This document shows, one piece after another, positions 50,431-64,000 of a stretch of 64,000 nt of DNA. The stretch is taken from the NCBI GenBank assembly GCA_951406725.2, contig OX597821.1, positions 40,672,001 through 40,736,000 of the forward strand. The letters run 5' to 3'. Source of the stretch: Octopus vulgaris. Its lineage: Eukaryota. Each line of letters starts with the position of its first letter. Position 1 is the first letter of the stretch. The notes under the pieces are model-generated. The model made no database searches. It was not told the origin of the DNA and saw nothing but the letters and a program-made list of their open reading frames with translations. The position numbers were made by a program, and so were the translations under genes.

Positions 50431-51508
50431 ATACCATATTCTTTTCAGTTGTCCTCTTTCTTATAAACATTATTTTACTCTCAAATAAACACTGCGTACT
50501 TTTATACACATATTATTGTCATATTTACACAATTCTCAAACATAAACTTTATATTGTCTCATATAAATATTGTGTTATCTCATATAAACAATCTTCTCTC
50601 AATACAAACACAATATTATCTCATGTAAACAGTCTCATATAAACACAAATCTCTCTCATATAAACGTATGCTACTTATAATGAAGCACGCAGTTCTGTTA
50701 ACCATGTAACCACGACAAGATTACTTTTGTCATTGGTCTATTTGATAGATCAGAAACGAATGGAATCTACTCACACATTGAGTGACCTGGACTAAGCTCT
50801 TTAACCACTCAGCCAGAATTATTTTTATTTCTCTCATGTTACAACATGTTAAACAGTTATTTCATGTTAAAGACCATATAAAACAGATGTAGCCTGCAGA
50901 AAGAATTGCAGTGACTCTACATACGATTCAACATCAAATATTTTCTCTAAAATTCAATCCATCATCATTGGTCAGTGGCAGTGATCAATATACAATGTTG
51001 TTGTCTGATTAAGATTCTTTATGAATCGATTGTGAATATTAATGGAAGTGTAGTGAAAGAGAATGTGAAGAAAGAATGACAAAACCTGTCTAGTTTGATA
51101 TATGAAGCCATGCCATCATTGAGCAATTCAATGACATCTTCAAGCTGACATTCTTGGCGGGAATTTATTGAAAATTGCTTGATGCTTCCAAACGATTCCG
51201 TGATTCTGTTTCTTACTGCATTGCTGAACACCATATTTAATGATAAATATCAACAAGATGTGATGCCTGTCAAATGTTTTATGACGGTGGAGGGGTTTGG
51301 AGAGGGAGGAGACACTGTCCAAGAACAAAAATAAGAAAACAAACAAAACAAAAAACAAATGGAAGAAAAACTACAGAAACAAATATATTCACCTGTCATA
51401 AAAAAAAATGTAATGTTAAATACAAACAAAATATAATTTTTCCAAAGAAAACTTCAAAGTAACACAGTCAGAGGTTCAAAAACACATACTCTAACACACA
51501 CATTCACA

Positions 51509-51577
<69 letters not shown>

Positions 51578-51890
51578 ACTCACACACACACACTCACACA
51601 CACGCACACACAAATGAACTTTTATATTTGTTTTATATATTTTAACCGTTTTGTATTTTGCAACCATACTTGGTTCCAAACGTATGCAAAGTGACATATT
51701 TTTTTTTAGAGGACATTGAAGCAGTCAAAACAAAGATTTCAAACATTGGCAGAAGGTCATAAATTTGGAAAAAGATTAGAATTGACAAAGTTGGCCCCAG
51801 TACATGACTGATACTTAATTTCGTTGACTTCAGAATAAGGAATGGCAGAGTTAACCTAGACTGGATTGGGACTCTTACTGTAAAGGGTTA

Positions 51891-52280
51891 TTCTTTTACT
51901 CTTTTACTTGTTTCAGTCATGTGACTGCAGCCATGCTGGAGCACCACCCTTCAGGACTTATTCTTTGGAAGCCTAGTACTTATTCTATCGGTCTCTTTTG
52001 CCGAACCGCTAAGTTACGGGGATGTAAACACACCAGCATCAGTTTTCAAGTGATGCTGGGGATGACAAACACAGACACAGAAACATATATACACACATAC
52101 ATATATATATATATACACATATTCGATGGGCTTCTTTCAGTTTCCGTCTGCCAAATCTACTCAAAAGGTTTTGGTTAGCCTGAGGCTATAGTAGAAGACA
52201 CTTGCCCAAGGTGCCACATAGTGGGAATGAACCTAGAACCATGTGGTTGGTAAGCAAGCCACTTACCACACAGCCACTCC
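51891..52280 (-). mobile_element. SINE family A
   Basis: Reverse-complement similarity to the full copies. A diverged copy follows at about 52390-52690. Confidence 0.8.
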
Positions 52281-52754
52281 AACTGAATTCCACAAAACAC
52301 TGGAAGCTTCCAAGTTACTGGTCAGTCTGGTAGGAACAGCACCAAAATTTTGTCAAATACAGCACTGTAGTCTGTTAGTCATTCGCTAAATTGTGGCCAT
52401 GCTGGAGCACTGCCTTCAAGGATTTAGTCAAACAAGTCCCCCCCAGTACTTATTTTTAAGTCTGGCATTGGGTATTTCCTCTATCGGTTTCTTTTGCCAA
52501 ACTGCTAAGTTATATGGATGTAAACAAACCAGCACCAGTTGTTGAGTGGTGACAGAAGACAAACACAACACAAATGCACATGCACACACACACCCAGACA
52601 CATGCACATACACACGCATGCTCACATATATACGACAAGCTTCTAAACTCACTCAAAAAAATTGACTGGCCTGGGACTAGAACAGAAGACGCTATAAGTG
52701 GTCTGCAACCAATTGGTTCAAATGATTCTGGGGTTACTATGGCTACTGAATAAC

Positions 52755-52798
<44 letters not shown>

Positions 52799-52907
52799 AG
52801 AAGAGAGTAGAGGTATGGGGCAGAGATTGGGGGCCCGTTAGGGATTGTGCAGCTTTGCCCCAGTCAGCCAAATAGGCTTCATTATCTTTGATGTTGTCTT
52901 AGATGCT

Positions 52908-52992
52908 TGTGTGTGTGTGTGTGTGTGTATCTGTGTGTGCGTGTATGTGTGTGTGTTTGTGTGTGCATGCGTGTGTGTGCGTGCATGTGTGC

Positions 52993-53024
<32 letters not shown>

Positions 53025-53169
53025 ATGTGTGTGTGTGTGTGTGTGTTTATGTGTGTCTTTGTGTGTGCGTGTATGTGTATGTTTGTGTGTGCATGCATGT
53101 GTGTGCATGTGTGTGTGTGCATATGTGTGTTTGTGTGTGTGTGTATGTGTATGTTTGTGTGTGTGTGTG

Positions 53170-53206
<37 letters not shown>
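52908..53206. repeat. Imperfect (TG)n
   Basis: Read directly from the sequence. Confidence 0.95.
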
Positions 53207-53209
<3 letters not shown>

Positions 53210-53765
53210 ACTGCAACACCATCACACATGATATACGAATAATATTCCAGTCTGGATCTTCTTCACCAAGGTTTATAAAGCTTCTAACCAAAGCCAATCT
53301 GTTTCCTTCTTCTGAAACAGATGAGCCCTTTAAATGCAGTTTCTGCTTTATGATATATTTGTGAGATCACAAGGAAAGAGTTTCACAAAATGTAAATGCA
53401 AGCATTTGTAGTAAGTCTCACATGTATGCTCCATACTTTCCATGGGTTCTATGGCTGGATACCCTTTCTATTGCCAACCACTTTACAAAGTGCATTGCAT
53501 ACATTTGATGTGGTACCAACACTAATGAAGTTGTCTTGTTTTGTCAAGCTGAAAGATTCCTTTCTTTAACTCCATTTGTTTGCCAGCCATTTCTACAAAA
53601 TGTGATAAATGTATTTCATTGTGACCCTAACATCAAAGATGTTGCCTTAAAGGATGGTTTTCTTGGCCCTGGTGAGAGCAATAAGTCCTCTCTATTGTAC
53701 ACAATCTCCATTTATTCGTTTTCCGGTATGAAGTCTTGTCTTGACCTTATTAAGTATAGTGAAAG

Positions 53766-54162
53766 AGGTGCAGGAGTGGCTTGCTTACGAACCACATGGT
53801 TCCGGATTCAGTCCCACTGTGTGGCACCTTGGGCAAGTGTCTTCTACTATAGCCTCGGGCCGACCAAAGCCTTGTGAGTGGATTTGGTAGATGGAAACTG
53901 AAAGAAGGCCGTCATATATATGTATATATATATATGTGTGTGTGCGTTTGTTTGTGTGTCTGTGTTTGTCCCCCTAGCATTGCTTGACAACCGATGCTGG
54001 TGTGTTTATGTCCCCGTCACTTAGCAGTTCGGCAAAAGAGACCGATAGAATAAGTACTGGGCTTACAAAGAATAAGTCCCGGGCTCGAGTTGCTCGATTT
54101 AAGGCGGTGCTCCAGCATGGCCGCAGTCAAATGACTGAAACAAGTAAAAGAGTAAAAGAGAG
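53766..54162 (+). mobile_element. SINE family A
   Basis: High similarity to 25597-25994. Confidence 0.85.
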
Positions 54163-54702
54163 AGAGTGGTAGGAGACAGTTGTTGGAGAAAGTGGGTTGT
54201 AGGAGAGACAGTACAAGAAAAGAGAGATTGGTGCAGCTGTATGAGGATTGTTGGTAAGGAGGGTCAATTTGAAGAATATGTTCAATGTGAAGAGGAATGT
54301 GAATGTAATGAAAAAGATAGGTTGATAAAAGAGAGTGTATTGGAAGTGAGAAAGATGGGAGAAAGTGGGTGCTTGGGTGAGTGTAAAAGGAGAGAGTTGT
54401 TGGCGAGAAAGTAATGGCTGCAACAAAAATAAATGAAAGGGGAGGATGTGAGGGTGTGTGAAGCTTGGAGATGCTAAGAGAAATAAAGAGATGAATGAGA
54501 GAAAAGGGACAGAAAATGAGAGAGAGATGGAGAGAGATGAAGGATAGAGGGAAATGGAGAGTAAGGGAGAATGAGAGTGATTGAGAGGAAAAAGTAATGT
54601 GAATCAATAAGGAAAGCGTAATCAGAGCTTGAATTTGAATAAATTCAATGCAATGCCATTGGCCATTACATGAGACAGGATGAGAGTAAGGAGGCCTGTT
54701 GA

Positions 54703-55170
54703 TAGAAGAGACAGAGAGAGAGGGAGAGAGACATGGAGAGACAGAGAGAGACAGAAGGAGAGAGAGACAGCGAGACACAAAGAGAAAGAGAGACAGGGAG
54801 AGACAGAGAGAGAGAGACAGTGAGAGACACAGAGAGAGACAGGGAGGGAGACAAGGAGAGACAGAGAGAGAGAGACAGTGAGAGACACAGAGAGAGACAG
54901 GGAGGGAGATAGGAAGAGACAGAGAGAGAGAGAGACAGAGAGAGACAGGAAGAGACAGTGAGAAACAGAGAGAAACAGGGTGAGACAGAGACAGGGAGAG
55001 AGGGAGAGAGACAGGGAGTGACAGAGAGAGAGACAGAGAGTGAGAGAAAGAGAGACAGAGAGAGAAAAAGAGAGGCAAAGAGAGACAGAGAGACACAGAG
55101 AAAGAGACGGAGAGAAAGATGGAGAGACAGAGAGAGACAGAAAGAGACAGAGACAGAGACAGAGAGAGAA
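54703..55170. repeat. (GA/GACA)n purine-rich tract
   Basis: Read directly from the sequence. It is the source of the SLSL ORFs. Confidence 0.93.
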
Positions 55171-55880
55171 GGTGGCTTATGAAGACTGAGCATTGGTGGG
55201 TTCAAATCTCAGACTGGGTGATGTGTGTGTTTATGAGCGAAACACCTAAGTTCCACACAGCTCCAGCAGAAGGTAATGTTGAACTTCTGCTGACTTTTCT
55301 GCTACAACTTTCTTTCACTCTTTCTTCCTGAATCTAACAGCTCACCTGTGATGGAATGACATTCCACCCAGGTAGGGAACCTTTATGCTAATGAAACCGG
55401 GAAACTGGCCTTTATGAGCCAGACATGGCTCAAGAAGAAAGAAACAACAACACTTAATAAATGCACCTTATTTCTGTTTGAAATTTTACAGGTTAGTGTG
55501 TTACATTATAAGGCACAAAAAGAAAATGACTCTCTCCAGACACAACAGAAGAAAATAAAGAATTGCATTTAAATTATATTCTTTAAGGTTTGACATTGGG
55601 AAAGATCTTTATTTTTAAAATTCGCTATGTCAGGAGGTTTTTGTAAACATCCACATTCAAGTTATTTTGTTCAGTTTAGTAACTTAACCCCTTATAAGTA
55701 TCCTGATATATTAAGACTGAGATTTTAGCCGAAAGGCCTGAAAATTAATTGAGCTGCTGTGATAGAAACACAATGAATCACTATTTGATAAAAAAAAATA
55801 TGCAATCCATGTGTGAAAGTTTTGTGATTTTACCCAGAAAATCTTCAAATTACTTTCCTGAATACAACACGCTAAGAAGA

Positions 55881-57209
55881 TTGAAAATTGGTTTGCATGT
55901 ACTGTAGTAGATTTTAATCGAGCAGACACCTTCTAAGTAGGTATTCTTGAATTGATACCTCCTGTCTTATGTCACTGAAATATAGTGTATCTCACTGATA
56001 ATTATTTTCTTCTGTATCTTGAACATTTATTTCAGTACACTTTGTCACAGGATTGCTGAGAAGATTTCCAAATTCTCTCTCTATATGGAAATGTGATTCA
56101 TTAATATTATACAAATATAATGCAAATTTTCTTTATTTTTTTCTTTTTTTTTTTTCATCCTGGAAGTAGTATTGATGGGAGTCTTATTGTCTGTAACGAT
56201 TTTAAAATTGAAAGTCTGCAGCTAATGTAACAGATTACAGTTCAATGATGTATTATATTTTAAATGTAGGAAGATTTCAATGGATATTTCAGTGATTTTT
56301 TGAACACCAGCATTCACCACACAATTTACCATTCAATAACGAAATGTCTAGTTAGTAGAATGGACAGAGAACCAATCAATGAGAAATGATGGTTCAAAGT
56401 GGAGCACAAGACCAAATAATTTATGAGGTTTGTTGCCTTATAGCTCTGAATTGATATTCTACTACAGTTCACTTAAACTAGCATTCTAAGGAGCTGAAGA
56501 CTGTCATGATTATTGACAGTGCTAAGAGCTACTTAAATTTATTATCTGGAAACCACTGAGAATATTGAGTTTGGTTAAATACCAACTCTATATTTGACTC
56601 ATTTTATAAGGAATTCAGTATCTAATTGTAAGAATACAGCTAACAAGTACTTTATTATTTCTATCGTACTTCTTTAATTTCAGCATTTCTTCATTCTACT
56701 ATGTGATATGTGATATGTGATATGTTGTTTATCGGCATTATCATTATCTCTATAAATATAAATGTGTTATGTGATATATTTCTATAAATATAAAGGTTCT
56801 CAGCTGGCAAATGCATTAGAACGCCAGGCAAAATGCTTTGTGGTATTTCATTTGGTTTTACATTTTGAGTTCAAATTATGTCAAGGTTCACTTTGTGTTT
56901 TATTCTTTCAGGGTTGATAAAATAAGTTCCAGTTGAGCCCTGGGGCATAATATTAATGAATCACATTTCCATATAGAGAGACTATTTGGAAATCTTCTTA
57001 GCAATCGTGTGATAAACTGTACTGGATTAAATGTTCAACTTCCCTCTCAAGATACAGAAGAAGATAATTACCAATGAGATACACTATACAGTTCTATATT
57101 TAAGAGATGAGGAATTATGTACATTATTTACATTTGATGAGCATATGGCGTAGTGGTTAAGAGCATTGGCTACTAACCCCAAGATTCTGAGTTCAATTCC
57201 AGGCAGTGA

Positions 57210-57251
<42 letters not shown>

Positions 57252-57519
57252 CAACAACATAGAAAAATACCTTAGGAATGAGAACTCAGGTTCGAAATTT
57301 CTCCAAGACACCTAATGAAGGGTGGAGGGTATATCAGCCAAAATGTTGTGTTGACAACAAACAAGATGAGGACAAATATCCATCAAATGTAAATAATGTA
57401 AATAATGAGATACACTATACTACAGTGACATAAGGCAGGAGGTATCAATTCAAGAAGACCTACTTGTAAGGTGTCTGCTTTATTAAAATCTATGACAGTG
57501 CATGCAAACTAGTTTTCAA
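55881..57519. repeat. Long diverged inverted repeat (~230 bp arms), foldback/MITE-like
   Basis: 55881-56110 is the reverse complement of 56947-57089 plus 57421-57519. Confidence 0.8.
57090..57403 (+). mobile_element. tRNA-headed short retroelement with a degenerate hammerhead, inverted 5' segment and 17-bp TSD
   Basis: TSD aatgagatacactatac at 57073-57089 and 57404-57420. A and B boxes at 57146-57200. Hammerhead-like motif at 57307-57352. 20-bp inverted repeat at 57120-57139 and 57381-57400. Confidence 0.75.
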
Positions 57520-59428
57520 CTAACTAACCTATTCCCCTAAAAATATTTCAGGGTTTGAGCTTATAGTAGGAAGGATTATCTCTATAAATACGGTGTATGC
57601 TGAAGAATATTAATAAATGATATTTAAGCATTTGAGGAAGGATTTTTATTAATAAGCTACAATCAATATTGAAAAATTCTCAGATAATATAGATAACTGT
57701 TATCCCTTTTAGGTGTCACTTATGAGCAAGTATGACTTGATAGTATGTGCCATGCTTTTGCTGATTGTTTCAGATGCCTATGTTGTAACAAGCAGACATA
57801 CACACAACCTTCCCATTCTCTTATTGTTGATGCTGTGAAACATCCAGGAGGTTGACAACTGGAGGGAGAGAGGGCTGGGCTGCACCAGCACTGGACAAGT
57901 AATTTATATACTACTAAAACTCTGCTTTGTTTCTATGTGTGCTTGTTGTCTGTAATTTAATACAGTCAAACAGGCGCATAATGGGAAAATACTCTCATAG
58001 TAAGTCGCCCCTGAAATGTGAACACAAACAGAATAAAACAAATTTCACGAAAACTGGACCATGGATTCTCAAGATATGTGGTTTTGTGGGGTTTGCTTCC
58101 ACAAATTTATGCAGTGAAGCCTAGAGTTATTGTCCTTTATTGTGAACACTTTTATAAATAGCCGAACCGGTACATAATGGGAAATAAAACAAGTTTCATG
58201 TAAATTGGACCACGGGTTCTCGAAATATGCAGTTTTTTCAGGTACCTTGAACTATTGGTGACCTAATGGGTCATGGGTAGTCAAGTATATTTATAAACCC
58301 TGAAACAATGAAGAACCAAGTTAACCACGGTGGAATTTGAACTCAAGGTACAAAGAGCTGGACTAAGTATCGTAATGGGTTTTCTCTGATAATCCACTGC
58401 CTCTTGTAATTGACTGCCTTAAAAAAATTTTTAAATGCACCAAAAATAATCAAAAGACAAAAAAAGACAGCTGATAACTGTGCTCTATATTATGTAATTC
58501 AGACCAGCAATAACAGTGATATGTCATCAAGTATATTCTTTGCACTCATCTGATTATAATTGAAACTGGAATTTATTTTAACTTCAATTTCCCCACAGTA
58601 AATTATGATATTACAGTTGCATAAATGTTATCAAGTGAAATAGTTATTCATAAACTTGAACTGAAGTTCTGAGAACTTCTTGATAATTTTCTTATTGAGT
58701 ATTTCATTAATCAGGACAGACTTTTCTTCTACTACATTTCTACAAATTTGGTGTCAAATTAGTGTAAAACTGTGACACTCTTCTCTTGACACAAACATCA
58801 AAAACTTACAATTATTTAAATTGTTAATATTGGCTTTAAATTTTGACACTAAGCCAGCAATTTCAGAGAAGGGATCAAGTCAATTACATGAACCCAAATG
58901 CACAACTGGTAACTGGTACTTATCTTATTAACCCTAGAAGGATAAAGGACAAAAGTCAACTTCAGTAGAATTTGAACTCAAAACATAAAGCTGGACAACA
59001 TACTGCTAAGCACTTTACCCAGCATGCTAACAACTCTGCCAGCTCACTGCCTTCTGAAGCTGTTATGATGAAGAAAGTAAAAAAAAATATATTGAAATTG
59101 CAGGAGTTTGTGAAAACTGCCATCCAATGTATGTTCCAAGACCTAAGTGAGAACTAATGGTACTTGATAGGTCTTTTTTGGGGTTTCATCCTAAGAATTT
59201 TACATACATGATGATGCTGAAAATGATGACGATGACGACAACGACGACGAGAATGATGATGATGATGATGAAGCACATGTAAACACTCACACACATATGC
59301 ACACTTACATACACATAAGAACTGCCATTTATAGAAATAAAAATGATAAATGCTCATGCAGAGAAAAATCAAAATGCCCATTGATGAACCTCTCTATGAT
59401 TACAAATCTTGTATATAAATGTACCGTG

Positions 59429-59469
<41 letters not shown>

Positions 59470-59474
<5 letters not shown>

Positions 59475-59872
59475 CCCAGAACGTCCCACTGTGCTTGAGG
59501 AGACCTGTTGAGTCAAGTACATGAACATGAACGTCGAAATAAATATCAATGGAAATAGTAGTTGTGATGCCTGTGTCGGTGGCACATAAAAAGCACCATC
59601 CGAACGTTGCCAGCATCGCCTTGGCTGGCTTCCGTGCCGCTGGCACGTTAAAAGCTCCAACCGATCATGGCCGATGCCAGACTCCCCCCTGGCACCTGTG
59701 CAGGTGGCACGTAAAAAGCACCCACTACACTCGCGGAGTGGTTGGCGTTAGGAAGGGCATCCAGCCGTAGAAACTCTGCCAGATCAGACTGGAGCTTGGA
59801 GCAGCCCCTGGCTTCCCAGACCCCGGTCGAACCGTGCAACCCGTGCTAGCGCGGAAAACGGACGTTAAACGT

Positions 59873-59908
<36 letters not shown>
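59470..59908 (+). mobile_element. RTE 3'-UTR-related repeat with (GAT)n tail, well preserved
   Basis: CpG-rich copy of the family at 24215, 26670 and 34390. Confidence 0.75.
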
Positions 59909-59909
<1 letters not shown>

Positions 59910-60451
59910 ATATGTAGGTCTGACTGAATTTCTGTCTGGCATTTGAGTTGGGTTCCTACTGCTGATGATCCACAATATGGTGAAATCATATAACACATAG
60001 AGCTATCCTCAAGTGCAGAGAAAATTTTGTCAAGAGATTGACTTTTGATGTATTTTAACATTTGTTGACACAAAATGATTTGCCAGGATGTTAGCACAGC
60101 CTACAGTGTTATAAACAAAGCATCCAATTTAGGCTGTATGTGCTAATTAAGATGCATATATCACTTATAACCCATTATTTCAAAACATTCTGTGGTTTAA
60201 ATGTTTTTATATTCATTTAAACTAGGCAAATGAGAATTTCTTCATGTGAAAGCATCTCAAAGCTTGTTCCTGTCTAGAATTTATTACATTGCCCTTAGAT
60301 GTAAAAATCTGGTAAAATTCTTCTAAACATAGGTCACATTTTTTAGTTCTGGCTCTGTATGGTTCTGCAATACAAATTAATTCTCAATGGATAGTATAGT
60401 CATTGTTATTTACTAAGACTTATTTATGCACACACACACACACACAATCAT

Positions 60452-60482
<31 letters not shown>

Positions 60483-61998
60483 CATATATAAAATAAGGTA
60501 ATACAGTTTCAGCCTTCCATTTAACAACATAGTCTACCAGACTCAGGCAGGTAATGAGAATAAGACCAAAGAGAAAAGAAAGCAAAAGAGATGGTGAAAG
60601 GAATGAGATTTCTCAATTACAGAGCAAAAGTCAGGAGCTTCTAAAAAATTCTTTGATCAGCAGCTTTAATCTTACATTTTGGACTTTTGGATGTCCTTAG
60701 CAGAGACTATTTCGTAAGTATTTAGGTTTGGGTCCACAGTTGCTTCTTTCTTACCACCAATCTATCTCCTTCGAGGCCCTCACTGCTACTCTTTCTGTCT
60801 TGCCTGAACTACAAGAAAGAGTTATTAAAGCCAGTTTTCCCATTGCGACAATAAAATATCATATGAAATGTAAATGATATATAAAAGGTATTAAATATTT
60901 ATGAGGTGGTATTATCATACAATAAGCTTCCCCATCACCCTACCCCATCCTGAAAATTTTTGTCTCTCCTCCACCATTCTTGGTTAAATTGAAAGAAAAA
61001 GAAAACTGTAGGTATTAGAAAAGCATCTGGCGATTATGTCTTTTATTATACAGTAAATATTGTTTGAAATTGTATCATTCTTGCAGTTTCTGACAAATAG
61101 CAAACTTTCTCAAATCCTGTGTGAAAACAAATAACAAAAAGCAACAACAGTGAAAAAAAAAGACATTCCAAATTTTAAAACGTTTCTATAGAAAGAAATA
61201 TTCATTTCACTTGATGTTGAATAACTTACAGATACTGTATCTATTTTATTTTTATTTCATTCCATTTTTTTTTTTATCTTCATTCTTCTTTTCTTTTCCT
61301 TCCTTTCTTTCTTTTTTTTTTTGCCAAACACTAAAAATGTTCACTATTATTCACTAGTTAACAACCTGCACCCTTTAGAATATAACATACAAATCTTCAA
61401 CATATAATGAATGTATATGTGACGTGTTGTGTGCATATGCATTTACGTAAGTAAATAAACACGAATGTATGTACACATGAATTAGTGCCTACGTCAATGT
61501 GTGTGTTTGTGTGAAAAGAAAATATGTGAATGCAGAATATTCAGGAGAGATATCTGTCAACACCATAAAACTCTGATGTATATCGTTGATATGAAAGATG
61601 CATATGGCTTACAATAAATAAAAGTTTTGCCGGAAGATTCATGTTAGCTTAATACATAAGACCAGCTTCATATTTTTTCCTTCTCTTCATTCCACTTCTG
61701 CCGATCATTTCAAGTCATTTTATTCATAGTTATTTCTTTTCCTTGTTGATTCTAGAAAGAATCTATCCTCTTTAAACCCTCTTTTCAATGGAAGGAGATG
61801 AATTAGTTCTGTTATGCCTACATTTTTATTTTCACCGTCTCTTTTCTCTCACCCGCATTCTCTATCCCTCTCTGTGAGATATATGCATACATACATAGGT
61901 ATATGTGTGTGCATGTGTGTGTATATAGGAGAGAGACAGAGAGAGACAGAGAGAGATGTATTCATACACACTGACACACACACACATATAAACATACA

Positions 61999-62038
<40 letters not shown>

Positions 62039-62100
62039 TATGTGCATACACGTATATATGCATATATGTGTGAGTATGTGTATGTATCTATGTAGATCTG

Positions 62101-62133
<33 letters not shown>

Positions 62134-62245
62134 ACACATATGTATATATATACAGATAGATAGATATATGTATACATATGTATATATATGTATGTATATA
62201 TATATCTATATCTACCTATCTATCTATCTATCTACTATCTATCTA

Positions 62246-62337
<92 letters not shown>

Positions 62338-64000
62338 CATACATACATACATTTACATATATATGTATATATATGTATATATGTGTGTGTGAATATATAT
62401 ATAAATATATATATATCAATGTGTGTGTATGTGTGTGCACATGTGTGTGTGTGTATTTGCATTGTTATATTTCCATTTTCATTACTTTTATTTTTTCATT
62501 CTGTTTTGTTCTCAACTTTTTTTTTTCCATTTGCCACTATGGTTTGCACTGGAGAAATTTCGAATCTCACACAAAATACTTGATTTTTTTTTTTACCTCT
62601 TTTCCCCAAAAGAATAGTCCATGTTCTGTTTATTATATTTCTTTACAATAAATATATTTACATATTCCGTGTGGAGGATATCACTTTCAATTGATTTTGA
62701 TTGTCCAGCTTAGTAGGATGTCTTGCATTAAGATTTTTGATGTACAGAGACTGGTTCACAGAATACTAACCACAAAAGTATTCACGTCTGATTCCAAGTG
62801 GAAACTATGCTAGAATAAAGATAATCTCCTGCTAAGCTATGTCTGGAAGTCTGTTTTCAGTTCCTGATTGTACCAATAACACTCCAGGCTGTTGTCATTC
62901 TACTAGGATGTACATAATTATTAAAACACTCATTTTGCTAAAACTGTGATTTCAATATGGCCAGTCAACGTAATTGAAATAACTAAATGGGCAAAGAATT
63001 AAACTCATCAATCATTGATCATGAGTTCAAATCTTCTGTATGAATCTTATTAGGTTTATGGTCAGTCACGAAACAGCAGTCTACATTGCCATAGTTATCA
63101 ATTGTTGCTCTTTAAATCTGATTCCCCACTCATTTGGTAACTTCAGAAACATGTTCAAGGCATGAGTGCTTCACCATTTTCATTATGTAACACAGACAAC
63201 AAGAAGGCAAAAATCATTGGCACTTCAGACAAAATTCCACTAAGCATCTTTACATTTTGAGTTCAAATTTCACTGAAGTTGACTCTACTTTTCATCCTTT
63301 TGGATGCTAATGGCACCGTTGTTACAACTTTGGCAGTGAGTTTGCAGAATCACTAGCAATGCCAGACAAAATACTTGACAGCATGCCATCTTTCATTACT
63401 TTCTGGGGTCATCTTTCACTGAAGTCAACTTCATCTTTCATCCTTTTGGGGTCAATAAAATAAGTACCAGTTGAACATTGGGGTTGATGTAATCAACTAG
63501 TCATCCCTCCCCCAAAATTTAAGGCCTTGTGCCTAAAGAAAAAAAAAGGACTATTTAAAATGGTAGCATGGGATCTGAGGGAGATATGGCTGCTATTTTT
63601 AATAGATTGAGGGAACAGACCACATTGCAAATGGATTAGGAACTCTCCATTAGCAAAGGAAATTTCAACTGTGTTCAAATGTGAAATTGTTTGATGATAA
63701 TATTTCTAAAAATCTCATACACACGAAAAAACCTCATTTAACAGTTTAGCATTTAAATAGGCCATATCAAACTCCAATATGCTGCATGTTTTATGTTCAA
63801 ATTGACCAAATCCAACCTCTCCCACCTATCCAACAAGGCCATTCTAAAAATGAAATAAAGAATCACATCATTGAAATCTTGAAGTTTTGAGATGACGCCT
63901 GAAGAATTTAAAAGAGCAAGAATAAATAAACATTAGATTTGACAGAGGAATCTGAACAGTAAAGGGTGAGACCTTAACCATGGCACCCTATTCAAAGGGA

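Noticed and set aside
54017-55205. 359-aa and 179-aa ORFs
   Set aside because: They run through (CT)n-type tracts and a SINE, with no protein-like motif.

Overview
AT-rich, microsatellite-dense animal DNA. The repeat families look cephalopod, probably Octopus (recognised from memory, not from a search). No host gene can be called with confidence, so the window reads as intronic or intergenic and is almost entirely transposon-derived: tRNA-derived SINEs, RTE, R4/Dong and Tx1 LINE fragments, mariner and maT-like relics, Helitrons, MITEs and a solo LTR. The most notable element is a young, apparently intact Penelope-like retroelement (Neptune-type RT plus GIY-YIG; about 38531-45094, minus strand). 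It carries an extra upstream ORF of about 447 aa that overlaps the RT ORF across an in-frame U UUU UUA slippery heptamer, which predicts a gag-pol-like -1 ribosomal frameshift. Both of its ~900 bp pLTRs hold a minimal hammerhead ribozyme with a compensatory U3:A8 core. A second Penelope family in an inverted-repeat configuration has the same core variant. Several short islands, most of them inside (TA)n tracts, carry further hammerhead-like motifs, and one is joined to a tRNA-like Pol III head.
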